Made by a program: the position numbers and the translations under genes | The notes under the pieces: model-generated | Database searches by the model: none | Seen by the model: only the letters and a program-made list of their open reading frames with translations | What the model was told of the DNA's origin: nothing | Source of the DNA: Selaginella moellendorffii | Lineage: Eukaryota > Plantae > Lycopodiophyta | Reading direction: 5' to 3' | Assembly (NCBI RefSeq): GCF_000143415.4 | Contig: NW_003314274.1 | Coordinates: 624,806 to 688,805, forward strand | Length of the DNA: 64,000 bases | Shown here: piece after piece, positions 12,196-25,914 of the stretch | Layout of the letters: each line of letters starts with the position of its first letter | How positions within the stretch are numbered: the stretch's first letter is position 1

Positions 12196-15100
12196 TGTCG
12201 CGAATGTGACTTCGGGTATCGAAAGATACTTGTCGACCGGTCCTTACAGACACTCTTTCCTTACTACCATGACGGCAGAAGATCAGTACAGTTGGATCCC
12301 TTTAGTAGCCCCTTCTGTGCTAGTGGAGTTAACTGGGCATTTTGAGTGTACTTAGACCGGACAAGCATAAGGACGGAATTCCTACATGCTATTAGCTAAG
12401 CATATTTAGCTTGGTAAGGAGTTCCTGTCTCGTTATGTCTTGCACTAGCTAGTGACTCATTTGGCATATCTACAGCATGTAAAGATTGTCCTGAACACAA
12501 TGGTGTTCGTCCCGTGTCCAAATTTGCAATCTAGCGCCATTCCATATTTAGTAAGTTTCGAGCTTGTCCCAAAGACTAACTCCTGGTACTAAGGGAGGCT
12601 TGGGGTGAAAGCCCAAAGTGTGTGTTCCTCAGGGGGGGGGGGGGGCTATGGGGGGTTCCAAATGTGTAGTAGGGATAGTGGTTGGAATGCATGTTTGACC
12701 ACCTGAGACATTAGTTTGGCTCCTGTTAGGCTGTGTCGCTCCTTGTTCTACATCCGGCTTGGGTCTAAGCCCAAGCTCCACGCTGCTCTAGTTGGTGGAG
12801 TACCCTCCACCTCGCGTTAGGCCACCGGTATGCCAAAATTGTGCCAGACTTCGTCTGACACTATTTTGCGTACAGGTGCTGGATACGAGGAGTTGGTGCT
12901 TGTGGGATTGTACCGGACCCTCGTTTCGTAGCGCAATGGGCTTGGAGTTCGGCTCCAAATTCAGGTGTGCTACATTTGGTATTAGAGAAATTGTCTTAGC
13001 GATTTCTATCCAACTTTTGTCAGATTTTCTGACTCAAGTTGCATACGCAGAGACTTTTCTAGTAGATCCGAAGTGACCTATGTAGGATTAGTTGGATTGC
13101 ACCATTCGGTAAGAATGTTGTATGCATGTTCAATTACTGATAGAGGCATGCATGCAGCTAGCAGGATGGTGAAGAGGAACCGTGCTGATGATGCTAAAAC
13201 CTCTAGATGGGCGAATCGAGAGGAGGAAACTCCTGCTAGAGATGCTGCGGAAGAGGCAAAGGCTGAGTCAGAAGAAGAAGAGCCGGATGCTGCGGCGCTG
13301 CAGCGTACGGCTCAAGAAGTCGAGATCGAGAATTTGCGAAGGGAGATTCGCAAATTGAAGAAGGAGAATAAGAAGAGGAAGAAAGAAGCTAAGGCAGCTA
13401 AACTAGCTAAGCCTAAGCAACCGGACTCCTCCTCAAATTTTGAGGACGATGAAGTTTTGCAGCCACCCCTGGTTGCACGAGTTTCAAAGTTCAAGCCCCC
13501 GAAACCACCCAACTTCAGAGGAATGTGGGACTATCAGGTTTTGGAAGACTGGGTCTACGATATGGAAAACTATTTCATAGCGGCAGACGTAGATGATCAT
13601 ACGAAAGTTGCGTGTGCACAATCCTTTCTCACCGATCATGCCAAAACTTGGTGGCGCCAGGTGTGTGCTGAAAAAGGGCAGACTAGAAGTTGGACCAAGA
13701 TGCGGTCTCATATCCGTAAGGAATACTTGCCGGATAATCTTGGTCTGAGACTTCACGTGGAGCTGCGGTGGTTAAAGTAGCGAGGGGATCTCATGCATTA
13801 CATTAATGCGTTTGCTCAGAAGCGCATTATGATTGCAAATATGAGTGATGAAGATGCTCGGAGTTATTTTCTAGAGGGTTTAAGTTCACTTTATCGTAAT
13901 GAGATTTTGAAGTTTAAGCCAAAGACGTATCTAGAGTGTAAGGAGGCAGCACAGCAAGTTGCCTTTAGTCACTCACTCATGGAACAATATCAGCAATCAT
14001 ATGCTGGTAACTCGGATAAGAATAAAATTTTTGGGAATAAACAAGGTGATCAGAAATAGAGGGTGGAAGGCAGGTTCCGCTCTAGAGGCTCACAAGCAAT
14101 GGTTAACAATGGTGGTGGTGGTTGGAGACCATTAGCAGCTTCTTCTGGTCCTAGGCCCTCTATTCCTCCTCCTGGTGGGTACAAGCAGCAGCAACTTACA
14201 AAACCTGCTCCTAGCAGAATGGGTAGTGGGGGTCATTGCTTCCATTGTGGAGAGTCGGGACATAGGTCTTTGGAATGTCCCAACAAGCATAAGACAAGGT
14301 TTCGGGTTAATGTCATGAGGGAAGATGGTGGTGGTGAAGCTGAAGGGGTTGACGAGTTGGTCAATGCAAAGTATGAGGAAGAAGAGGTGAGTAACTTTCG
14401 TTGCTTTCCTCAAACTTTTCTTGCAGTCAATGCAAACACTGATCCGTTGATGTATCTGGTAGGCTTTGTCCGTGCACACCAAATCTGAGTGATGATTGAC
14501 ACAGTAGCTACGCACAGCGTGACATCCGAAAACTTAGTTAAGTTGTTAGGATTGAATGCTGAGCAAATGCCGCCTATGCATTTCTAGTTTGCGGAAGGTG
14601 GGCAAGTAGCCAGGAAGTTTGTGAGTGATGTTCTAATAAAGATATCCAAGTGGAAAGAAAGAGTGGACTTGGTAGTGTTGAAGATACCAGATTTTTAGAT
14701 GGTGTTTGGTATGGACTTCTTCAACAAATATAGAAAAGGGATTTATGGTGCTGGACAAAGTCGTATCACGTTAAAGTCAGAAGGATGTCCTGATGTATCC
14801 TTTTAGTTGCAAAAGTGTTCCTCAAAGGATTGGGATGCAAAGTTCTTGACTGTGAGGGCTGCTCAAAAAGCAGCTAAGAGGGGATGTCAGACCTTTTGGG
14901 TTCAAGTGATGGAAGTTGAGGGTGTTAATGACTCAGTTCGAATCGGCGATAGGGTTAATCCTGTACCAAAGAGGATATTGGAGTTGTTGGCGAGGAACCA
15001 GGATATCTTTCCGAAGGATTTGCCGCCAGGGCTACCTCCTAGCTATGAGGTTGATTATCGAATTGAGGTTATTTCGGGTTCTAAACCACCTATGAAAGCT

Positions 15101-18100
15101 CCATATCGGTTGAACATCAAGGAGATGGCTGAACTCAAGAAGCAACTCACGGAGCTTCTTGACAAAGGTCATATCTGACCAAGCAAGTCACCCTATGGAG
15201 CGCTAGTCCTTTTTGTTATGATAAAGGATGGAATCATAAGGATGTGTATTGACTATCGGGCACTCAATAAGATCACGGTCAAGAACAGTTATCCTTTGCC
15301 TCGCATTGATAACTTGTTTGACCAACTCTTAAAGGCTAAGTATTTTATGCAACTTGATTTACGGTCCGGGTATCATCAGATACGGATGGCAGATCAGGAT
15401 GTGGAGAAGACAGCCTTTAAGACTCGATACGGATCTTATGAGTTCCTTGTCATACCATTCAGGTTATGCAATGCTCCGGCAGCGTTCAGCACTATGATGG
15501 ATAGAATATTCGGAGATTATTTGGACACATTTGTTGTCCTATATATCGACGATGTTCTAGCCTTCAGCGAAACATTGGAGGATCATTTGAAACACTTGGA
15601 GCTGGTGTTTCAGAAGTTGCGCCAACACAAACTGTATGCTAAGGAAAGTAAATGAGCTTTTGGTCAATTGCGCGTAGACTTTCTTGGGCATATAATTGGT
15701 GGTGGCGTGATTGAGGTCGATCCAAAGAAGGTGGAAGCGGTGAAGTCTTGGGAAGTTTCGACCACTATATCAGATGTTCGATCCTTTCTCAGTTTGGTGG
15801 GATATTATCGCAAGTTTGTCCGCAATTTTGCAAGAATTGCTCTTCCGTTGACTGAGTTGACAAAGAGTAGTATTCCATTTCATTGGACACCAGCTTGCCA
15901 GTGTGCTTTTGCACGGTTGAAGGAAATCTTGACTACGGTTCCTGTTCTTAGGATCCCAGATCTTGATAAACACTTCGAAGTGCATTGTGATGCATTTGGC
16001 TATGCTATTGGTGCCGTGTTGCAGCAAGATTGTGACAAAGTGATTGGTGTTACGCTAAGGCAACATGGTTGTCCCATTGCGTTTTACTCCAAGAAATTTG
16101 ATGAAACTCAACAAAGATGGCCAACGCATGAGAAAGAGATGTTTGCTATAGTGTCAACCCTGGAACACTGGAGACACTACTTGGGTGGACACATCAAGGT
16201 TTATACAGATAGTAACACACTAAGCTACTTTGCTACGCAGCCTAAGCTTACGCCAAAGCAGGCTCATTTGCAAGAGAAGCTTGCTAGATATGATATTGAA
16301 ATCATATATAAACCTGGTAAAGACAATATTGTTACAGATGCATTGAGTCGTCAAGCTCAATTTTGGGCAATATCAGCAATCAGTTCGGACTGGTTAGAAG
16401 ACATTCAGGCTTCATATGGAAGTGATCCATTGGCGAAGGCAATCTTATGCCGTGCCGGGTTGTTAAAGTAGAGCCCTGGTAGCGACGTAGCAAAAGTTGC
16501 TAGTCGCACTAATGCGAAGCTTCACTTCTCAGTTTGGGATGGGCTTATATTCTATAAGCAAGAAAGATTGTATCTTCCTTCTAAGGATCTTCAGCAATTA
16601 TTTCTGTGGGAACATCATGATGTTCCAGCAGCAGGACATGGTGGGAAGCGAAAGACTCTGGCTTTATTGAAAAACGAATTTTTCTGGTCTGGTATGGACG
16701 GTGATGTAGTAGATTATGTCCGGTCCTGCCCTATATGCCAGCAATGTAAGCACAGAACTGAGAAGCAGGCTGGAAAGTTGCAGTGCATTCCAGCACCGGC
16801 ATGGCCATTTCAGAGTGTGACACTTGATTTCGTCACTTGCTTGCCGAAGTCTAAGGGTTATGATACTTTGATGGTGGTTGTGGATCGGTTGTCAAAGATT
16901 GCACACTTCATTCCAACTGTAGGAACAGTGAATGCGAAACAAGCAGCAAAGCTCTTTTTCCATGAAGTAGTGCGAGTTCGTGGTCTTCCTGAAGAGATGA
17001 TCTCGGATAGAGATTCGAGGTTTATGGGGAAGTTTTGGGGCACACTGTTCCAGCTGTTCGGTACCAAGTTGAAGTTTAGTACGGCTTATGATCCTTAGAC
17101 TGATGGGCAGACCGAACGTGTGAATGCTCAAGTTGAGGATTATCTATGGTACTATGTCGCGGCGGACCAACACGACTGGGTTGAGCATTTGGATACAGCA
17201 GAAATCTGTTATAACAACACATTTCACAGCTACAGGCTGTTTTCCATAGGAGATGCTGCAAGGGAATGCTCGTGGGGTTCCTCAACAAATTGTTGTACCG
17301 AAACCAATGACCGAAGTGTTGGTCCCAGCTGTTGAAACTTATGCGGAGCAGCTACGCCAACGTTGGTCTAGAGCTATTGAGGCGATGGGCAAAGCTCAAG
17401 ATAGGTATTGACGTGATAAGGATTAGCATCGTCGGGATGTATCCTATCAAGTGAGAGATCAGGTGTGGCTATCTTCCCGAAACTTGAACATTAAGGGTTC
17501 TTTGCCTCAGAAGCTCTTGCCAAGATATGTTGGACCCTATCGGGTGCTAAAATGCATTGGTGATGTATTCTATCGGTTGGATCTGCCTGTGGAGATGTCC
17601 AATGTTCATAATGTATTTCATGCCAATCTATTGGCTCCTTACACTATGCATGTTGCACGTCAAGGGGAGATTCGTCCGCCACTAGATGTTGTGGATGGTG
17701 AACCTGAATACAAAGTGGAAACTATCTTGGATTCCCGGTTCTGGAGACAGGCTTATGTGAAGGAATATCTAGTTAAGTGGAAAGGTTACCCAACGTGTGA
17801 ATCAACTTGGGAGCCTCTTAGTAATCTTACCCATGCTCGTGAGCTTGTCATGGAGAATGAGAATAATAATAAAAGATAGCTTTTGTAAATCTTGTAATAA
17901 ATCTTGCAACTTAATAAAGTAATATATTTCTATAAATCAAAGAGTTGTTTCTCTTGTTCATTCGTCCTTGGGTCAGTTTTGACAGGCTGATTTCAACACT
18001 TCGGTGCATGGGTCCAATCCATAACCATGGGGATAACTATTATAGACTGATCACAAGTCCCCACCTCTCTCTCGATGACTCACTTTTGAAAAGGGGCGTG

Positions 18101-19401
18101 GTCATGTAAACAACTTAATCTGCCAATTTATACTAGTTGTCTAAATCTTCCCAACAGGGTTGATTTCTTGCTCATGGGAAGTTGGGCCTCTGGCCTTCTC
18201 CCTATGTCCCTGCGGGCAGGGATGTATCATTCCTTTGTAAGCCGAGTGGTACTCAGAGCACCAAGGGTGGCTAACTCCGTTAATCATTTCCTTGTCGGTG
18301 ATGGCCGAAGGGTGTCTAAGTCTTAATGTCTTTAGACGTAGAGGAGAGGTCGTTCCATAACTCATTTAAGTCAGTGTGTTTCCCACATAGTGTGCTTTCC
18401 ATTAACTTTCAGAGTTGTTTCCTTGATGGTTTGCTAGACTTGGGTATGCATCGATGAGGACGTCGATCTTCCCCAAGGGGGGGAGAGTGTCGCGAATGTG
18501 ACTTTGGGTATCGAAAGATACTTGTCGACCAGTCCTTACGGACACTCTTTCTTTACTGCCATGACAGCAGGAGATCGGTACAGTTGGATCCCTTTAGTAG
18601 CCCCTCTTGTGCTAGTGGAGTTGATTAGGCATTTCGAGTGTACTTAAACCGGATGAGCATAAGGACGGAATTCCTACGTGTTATTAGCTAAGCATACTTA
18701 GCCTGGTAAGGAGTTCCTGTCTCGTTATGTCTTGCATTGGCTAGTGACAAGAACCCTTGCATATTGGGACTAGTCCCTTAATATCGCCGGATGATAGCTT
18801 ATCGTGTTTGCCAAACATCCTCGCTATCATGCCCTTTGTGTTAGTCTCATTTCGGTCCCAAATGCTACTTATGGAAAGTGTCTAGATTCACTCATTTGGC
18901 ATATCTGCGGAATGTAGAGGTCGTCTTGAACACAATGGTGTTCGTCCCGTGTCCAAATTCGCAATCGAGCGCCATTCCATATTTAATAAGTTTCGAGCTT
19001 GTCCCAGAGACTAACTCTTGGTACTAAGGGAGGCTTGGGGTGAAAGCCCAAAGCGTGTGTTCCTCAGGGGAGGGGGGGGTTGTTCCAAATGTATAGTAGG
19101 GATAGTGGTTGGAATGCATGTCCGACCATCTGAGACATTAGTTTGGCTCCCACTGGGTTGTGTCGCTCCTTGTTCTACGTCTGGCTTGTGTCTAAGCCCA
19201 AGCTCCACGCTGCTCTAGTCGGTGGAGTACCCTCCTCCTCGCGTTAGGCCACCGGTATGCCAAAATTGTGCCAAACTTCGTCTGACACCATTTTGCGTGC
19301 AGGTGCTGGATACGGGGAGTTGGTGCTTATGGGATTGTACCAGACCTTTGTTTCGTAGCGCAACGGGCTTGGAGTTGGTCTCCAAATTCATGTGTGTTAC
19401 A
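12196..19401 (+). mobile_element. Full-length, decayed Ty3/Gypsy chromovirus LTR retrotransposon (family A)
   Basis: LTRs at 12196-12974 and 18488-19401 (TG...CA); tRNA-iMet-type primer-binding site (PBS) TGGTATTAGAG; polypurine tract (PPT) AAGGGGGGGAGAG; TSD TGATG/TGGTG. Gag with CCHC knuckle (CFHCGESGHRSLEC), protease, RT (LYIDD), RNase H, integrase and chromodomain (YLVKWKGYP..ESTWEP). Confidence 0.96.
13073..17879 (+). pseudogene. gag-pol of family A, broken by many in-frame stops
   Basis: Consecutive ORF fragments in the order gag-PR-RT-RH-IN-chromodomain, separated by TAG/TGA codons. Confidence 0.93.
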
Positions 19402-19540
19402 TGGTGGTGCCTTTAATATTTATTCAATGCTTTATCCATACCTACATGGGATATCATTGTGTTACTAAAAAGCTATACAAGCTACACAAGTCTTTCTATT
19501 GGTTGAAGATGTAATATAATGTTTTCCAGTATATATGTCA

Positions 19541-19648
19541 CTACATTTGGTGCTAAGTTAATAATATTGCCCCTTATACTATATATTGCTATATATTGCC
19601 CAATATATAGTATAAGGGGCAATATTATTAACTTAGCACCAAATGTAG
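19541..19648. repeat. Perfect 48-bp inverted repeat (12-nt spacer) abutting the assembly gap
   Basis: 19541-19588 is the exact reverse complement of 19601-19648. Confidence 0.9.
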
Positions 19649-19748
19649 NNNNNNNNNNNNNNNNNNNNNNNNNNNNNNNNNNNNNNNNNNNNNNNNNNNN
19701 NNNNNNNNNNNNNNNNNNNNNNNNNNNNNNNNNNNNNNNNNNNNNNNN
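19649..19748. other. Assembly gap (100 N)
   Basis: Run of N; the true length is unknown. Confidence 1.
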
Positions 19749-20661
19749 ACTATAAAACTCTTTGCATAATAAATAGTTTTGAAATCATATATCTGAAGTT
19801 TTAGAACCTCTTAAGTAGTACAACCAACTAAGTTTTTCCACTTTAATAATTAAGTAATCGCAATATAATCACATTTTAATAACAATTGAGAACCATATGT
19901 AAACAACCAAAAAGAACAATTTGAAAAACAATCTATAGAGGTTCAAGTATAAAGGCAAAGAGCCTATGAATAATAGTGCATCCTTTCTTCCAATTAGTTA
20001 TCAGTCTAAATGTAACACACTCTATCTCTCTCCCCTTAAACTAATTGAAAAAAAAACAATTGCTTAATAAGAGAGAACTTAATAGTTATTTTATACCTAT
20101 TTATCCTCTAAGTTTTCAAGGATCCATAGTAATAGTATATCCAAAATTCATCCCATAATCACATGCATTACACTGACGCCCCCTTCAAAGATGTTAATGT
20201 CCTCAATTACTATTGACTAATGAGCCAAGGGAACTAACACCTTTATTTCCGCACTCAATCTACTAATCTTTCCATCGTGTAGACTAATTATTCCAAAATA
20301 ACTAGTCATCCACCTATATTACAATCCTATACTTGTAGCGCAGTCCTATGGTGAATACTTTTGTCTATAGATGTTTCATAAGAGGAAGGACATACACATG
20401 GATGTTTAATATATACAATTTCAAATTTAGTAGTAGGAATATACTTTGATCAAGGGTATATTATATTTTAAGTATCCAGTAATCAATGGGAATTAAACAT
20501 GTGTCATTTGCTTTAATATCATATATAGCACATTCTCTTTTTAAACCAACTAAAAAAGGGGGCAATTGCTTAATAAAAAAGCCCTTAGGGGCTATTTTAT
20601 CCCCATTTATCCCCAAATGTTCAAAAGATCCAATCTAATTCACATTTCATAATCACATGCA

Positions 20662-22138
20662 TGTGAGACACAAATCTTTAAACCCCAAAGTGGAGTTGAA
20701 AGAGTGCCACATGGTAATGGCCAAACTGGAAGCCAAACGAATGTAACACATTTAGAATAAAAGCTTTAATTTAGATAGTCGAGAGTGGGAGTGGAATTCC
20801 CAACGAAGAGTTTGAGGAACGAGCATAAAGCAAGCAGTAAGTGGGTCTCTAGAAAAAGGACACAAGAGGACTTGATACGGAGTCTGAGATAGAGTCTAAG
20901 ATAGACCCGAGATGGAGTCCGAGATGAACCCGAGATGGACCCAAGATGGAGTCTAAGATGGACCCAAGATGGAGTCCGAGATGGACCCGAAATGGAGTCC
21001 GAGATGGACCCGAGATGAAGTCCAAGATGGAGTCCGAGATAGAGTTCGAAAAGGACCCAAGATGGAGTCTAAATGGAGTCTGAGATGGATCCGAAATGGA
21101 GTTTGAGGTCAAGGCCAAGACCGACACCGACACCAAGACCGAGACCGAGACCGAGACCGAGTCTGAGTCCGAGTCCGAATACAAGTCTAAGGGTGAAAGC
21201 CCAAAGCATTTATCTCCTAGACCCTAAGGGATTTAGTGAGCTTCAAAAGTATAGTAGGGGGAGGACTCCAATAGAGCCAGTTTGGCCAGGAAAGACTAGT
21301 GTGACCTAATAAAACCACTAAAGAGTCTAAAGTTAGAGTAAATACAGACAAACAAGTGGGAGAGTTTGGTGTTCAAGTGTTCAAGAGCCAACTTTAACTC
21401 TCTTGGAAGATCGAATAGTCGATGCTCCCAATCCAAGTGTGGGTGGCACTACCCACTTGGATACCTAGTGTGGTTTACTGGAACTTCGCTTTAGCCATAT
21501 GGCTAGGGCACCTAAAGGCAGAAGGTGGGGAGAATACCCATGAGGCTTGCATAGGGCCACAGTGTTTTAAAATGTTATTTTAAAATCCTGGATTGTGAAA
21601 AGGAAGAAGAGTAATGCTTTGGTGTAGTGACTAAGAATACAATCATATAGTGAGGAAGTCCCAAAGGACAATGGGATTTAGTGGTCGGGCCTATAGATCT
21701 TGATTCAATGGCAGTGTTGGCAAACATGGCCATGGATAGAAAGAGATTTAGTGGGGATATTAAGGAAGGTAGTTCCCCATGTCTATAGGCATCCCAAAGA
21801 TGCTAAGGAGTGGATTTGGGATGATCACTCATGGATGGATAGCCTAGTTTTTTAGAGACAGGACTGTGATGTAGGTGGTGTTGGATCACTGGTGTGATAG
21901 AGGTGACTGGGCATAACCTTAGCGTAACGAACTGATATATCAGTGGTACCTTTGGGTGTCGGTTATAGGATCAGACATATGGAGCACTTGAACCATGCGC
22001 AAAGGTTGAGTGGCATAGATGCCATAGCAAGTCCCCAAGTCTGAAATAGGACTTATAGAGGTTGTGAGTGAAACTCCTCCATGTCGTCAAAGGTGTGGTT
22101 AAGTGACTGAAGTAGAATGGAAAATTTAGCTGTTTACA
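20662..22138. mobile_element. Solo LTR of about 1.48 kb (family C, copy 1) with an internal minisatellite
   Basis: TGTGAGACAC...TTTACA; flanked by ATGCA/ATGTG (decayed TSD); colinear with copy 2 at 22948. Confidence 0.8.
20875..21180. repeat. Degenerate 11-12-bp (GAGATGGAGTCC) and 6-bp (GAGACC/GAGTCC) tandem arrays
   Basis: Visible periodicity; an equivalent array lies at about 23180-23540. Confidence 0.85.
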
Positions 22139-25127
22139 ATGTGCTACACTTGAGATATTTGGGGTTAAACATCTTTGGGTTTGAATAGTATTGGGTTGGG
22201 TGACCTTCTAGGAAATCCAAATTTAGAAATTTACATTTGGTATTAAAATAGTCTTAAATCTAACTCTATTGGTTGGCTAGGGGAATCACACCATACACCG
22301 AGATTGATATCTGGTAGGTTTAATTTGCCTCTGGCTAAGCTTAACCTAAGGGGTAGGGTGTTAAGAGAGTAGGGAGTTGTGGCTCTCAACTTCCATTCAT
22401 AAGGGTATAAATTTGTATAAAAGCATGGTGGATTATAAACAACTAAAGAGAACGACTTGAGAAATAATTCATAAGGGTTCAAGTATAAAGGGAAAGGGCT
22501 CATGGACAAGAATGCACTTCCCTTTCCAATTAGTTAAAGGTCTTGAAATATTTAGGATTAAACATTTTTCAGTTTAAATAGTATTAAGTTAAGTGACTTT
22601 TTAGGAAATTCAAATTCAAGAGCTTACACCATGCAAATATGAGTAAAGTTTCTCGAAACCCCAAACCATTACTAAACACTCCTTTTTTAGCATGGAGTAG
22701 TTCACTTGTTAGTTATAATGTATAGTTGATGTATGCAATGAGATGATGCTAACTAAACACACTCATGCTCTTTTATATCAATACACTCTTGAGACCAATA
22801 TCATAAGCATCCATATATAAAATAAAAACTCGAGTGTATTTAAAATATGCCAAAACTAAAAGAGTTGTCAATAATTCTTTGAGATCTAAAATGCCTACTC
22901 ATAATCCTCAGACCAAATGACAAACAATGTTGATGATTTCAGCAATGTGTGAGACACAAATCTCTGAGCCCCAACGTTGCACTGAAAGGGTGCCATGTGG
23001 TAGTGGCTGAAGTGGAAGCCAAACGAGCATAACATGTTTGAACGAAAAGCTCCAACTTGGACAATCAAGAGTGGGAGTGGAACTCCTAATGAAGTGCTCA
23101 AGGAATAAGCATGAAGCAAGCAGTAAATGAGTCTCTAGAAAAGGACACAAGAGGACCAACATATGACACGTAGAAGTGTCGAGATGGAGCCTAAAAAAGA
23201 GTTCAAGATGGAACCGACACAAAGTCTAAGATGGAGTCCAAGGAGTCTAAGATGGACAGGAGATGGAATTTGAGATGTACCCAAGATGGAGTCCAAGATA
23301 GACCCAAGATAGAGTCCAAGATGGAGTTTGAGATGGACCTAAGATAGAGTCTGAGGTCGAGTCTAAGATAGATATGAAGTGGAGTCCAAGGTCAAGACTG
23401 AAACCAAGGCCAAGATCAAGACCAAGACTGAGGCCGAGACCAAAACCAATATCGAGACCAAGACTGTGGCTGAGACCAAGACCAAGATGAAGACTAAGTC
23501 CAAGACCGAGTCCAAGTCTGAGTCCAAATTCGAGTTCAAGGGTGAAAGCCTAAAGCATTTGTCTGCCAAACCCTGGGGGTTTGGTGAACTCCAAAAGTAT
23601 AGTGGGGGGAGGACTCCAGTGGAGCTAATTTGATTAAGAAATGCTAGTGTGATCAAAGAAGTCTATACCCATGTGTTAAGTGATGATATAACCATTGAGG
23701 AGTCCAAAGCTAAAGTGAATATAGACAAACAAGTAGAGTAGCTTGGTGAAGTGTTCAGGAACCAACTTTAGCTTCCTTAAGAGATCAAATGGTCAATGCT
23801 CTCAATCCAAATGTGGGTGGCACTAATACCTAGCATGGCTCATCAGAACCTCGCTCTAACCACATAGCTAAGGCATCTGAAGGCAGAAGGTGGGAAGAGT
23901 ACTCATGAGGCTCGTGTAAGGCTATGGTGTTTGAAATATCATCCCAAAGTCCCAAACTGTGGAAAAGAAAAAGAATAACCCTTTAGTGTAGTGATCAAGG
24001 ATACAGTCATATGGTGAGGAAGTCCTAAAAAATAGTGGGACTTAGTGGTCAGGCCTTTGGGCCTTGACCCAGTGGCAGTATTAGTGAGCACAACCATGGA
24101 TGAAAAGGGATTTTATGGGGACAGAAAAAGGGACATTGGGGAAAGGTGTTCTCTATATCTTCGGGTATCCTAAGGGTGCTAAGGTGTGGTCAAGGGATGA
24201 CCACTTATGGAGATCACTTCGGCCCAGTTTTTAAGAGATGGGATAATGGTACGAGTGGTTTAAGACTACTAATGAGACAAGGGAAAATGGACATGGCCTT
24301 AGCATAACAAACTGATATGTCAGTAGTATATTTGGGGTGCCGATCATGGGATCAAATACAGAGAGCACTTAGATTAAGTGTAAAGACTGAGTGGCATAGA
24401 TGTTATTCATGGGGCTATCAAGTCCCCAAGTCTGGAATAGGACTTATGGAGGTTGTGAGTGAAACTCTTCCAAAAGATCAAAGGTGTGGTTACTGTCAAG
24501 ACCCCCAACAAGATCAAGACTGGAAAATGCAAAAGACAAAGAGAAAAGCTAGTGGAAACAAAGAAAAGGCCTTAGACTGGTGTTGATTCAGATTGTGGAG
24601 AAATGGAACAAGGCTAACCTATATATACTATAGGTTGATGAAGCTCCACCACTCTTAGATCGAGGACGGCCTAAATATAGCTGAGGTCGAGGAGGCACCA
24701 CATCATCATCAGGAATCTAGCTCGAGACTCAAGAATCGTACAGGAAATCAGAGAGTCAGGAATAGGGAAGTGTCTTGAGAGTCAGGAATGTGGTCTGCAG
24801 GTCAGGAATCCGGTGAGAGTCAGGAATGTGGCAAGAATTGGGGGATTCCTGATAGCACCCCCTCCTCAAGAACAAGAGGAATGAGGACGTGAACGTGAAC
24901 GAAGAGGAGGATGAGATGAGCGGCGAGGGATGGGAGATGGAGAAAAAGAATGGGGACTGGGACAAGAAGGATAGCGGCGGTGGAAGTCCTGAACAAGGTC
25001 AGGAGAATGAATTAGGTTGTCCGTAGGTTCCCAAGTGCGTTCCTCAGGTCCATAACCCTTCCAATCAACCAGATAGTAGAGTTTAGACCGTGAAATCTTG
25101 GAATCAAGGATGTCCTAAACCTCATAC

Positions 25128-25802
25128 TGTAGCGCATGTGATCATGGGATGAGATTTGGATATACTGTCACCGTGGATCCTTGGAACCTTGGGAGATAAA
25201 TGGGGATAAAATAGCCATTAAGGGCTCTCTCATCAAGCAATTGCCCCTTTTCCAATTGGCTTAAGGGGAGAGAGATAAGGTGCGCTATAGTTGATATCGG
25301 AGCAAATGGCACGGGTTCGATTCCTATTGATTAGTGGCTACTTAAAAGTATAATATACCCTTGAGCAAGGTATATTCCTACCCCTAAATTTGAAATCGTA
25401 TGTATTGGGCATCCATGCGTACGTCCTTCCTCTTGTGTGGAGTATCAACGGACGAAGGTATCCACCGTGGGACTGTGGTACGGGTGGATGACTAGTTGCC
25501 TCACATGGAATAGCTAGTCTACACAATGGAAGGATTGGTAGATTGAGTGCGGAAATGGAGGTGCTGGTTCCCCTTGGCTCAGTAGGGGTTGTTAGTCAAT
25601 AGTCAATGAGGACATTGACATCTTTGAAGGGGGGGGTGAGTGTAGCACATGTGATCATGGGATGATATTTAGATATACTGTCACCGTGGATCCTTGGAAC
25701 CTTGGGAGATAAATGGGGATAAAATAGCCACTAAGGGCTCTCTCATCAAGCAATTGCCCCTTTTCCAGTTGGCTTAAGGGGAGAGAGATAAGGTGTGCTA
25801 CA
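25128..25802 (+). mobile_element. TRIM (terminal-repeat retrotransposon in miniature), 675 bp, family T
   Basis: 162-bp LTRs at 25128-25289 and 25641-25802; degenerate Met PBS (TTGATATCGGAGC); PPT TTTGAAGGGGGGGGTGAG; non-coding interior of about 350 bp. Confidence 0.88.
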
Positions 25803-25914
25803 GTTATCCAAATGCTCAACCCAGTCGCGTTAGTCCGCCGCGACATAGTACCGCAGATAATCCTCAACTTGAGCATTCACGCGTTCGGTCTGCCCATCAG
25901 TTTGAGGATGATAC

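Larger units (their letters stand above)
20011..22148 (-). mobile_element. Degenerate TRIM (family T), interrupted by a 1.5-kb solo LTR
   Basis: Reverse-complement match to the TRIM at 25128-25802: LTR 20011-20172, PPT, internal region, then a second LTR from about 20525-20661 completed at 22139-22148. Confidence 0.75.

Noticed and set aside
20849-23656. Low-complexity ORFs (DSISD, PRPRP and KTKTE repeats) and CRISPR-like periodicity
   Set aside because: These are translations of 6/12-bp tandem arrays inside solo LTRs; there are no unique spacers and no cas genes.
24494-25802. Hammerhead ribozyme/retrozyme or Cassandra 5S domain in the short LTRs
   Set aside because: CTGATGA/TTGATGAG-like strings are not followed by a stem II and GAAA core, and I see no 5S rRNA similarity.
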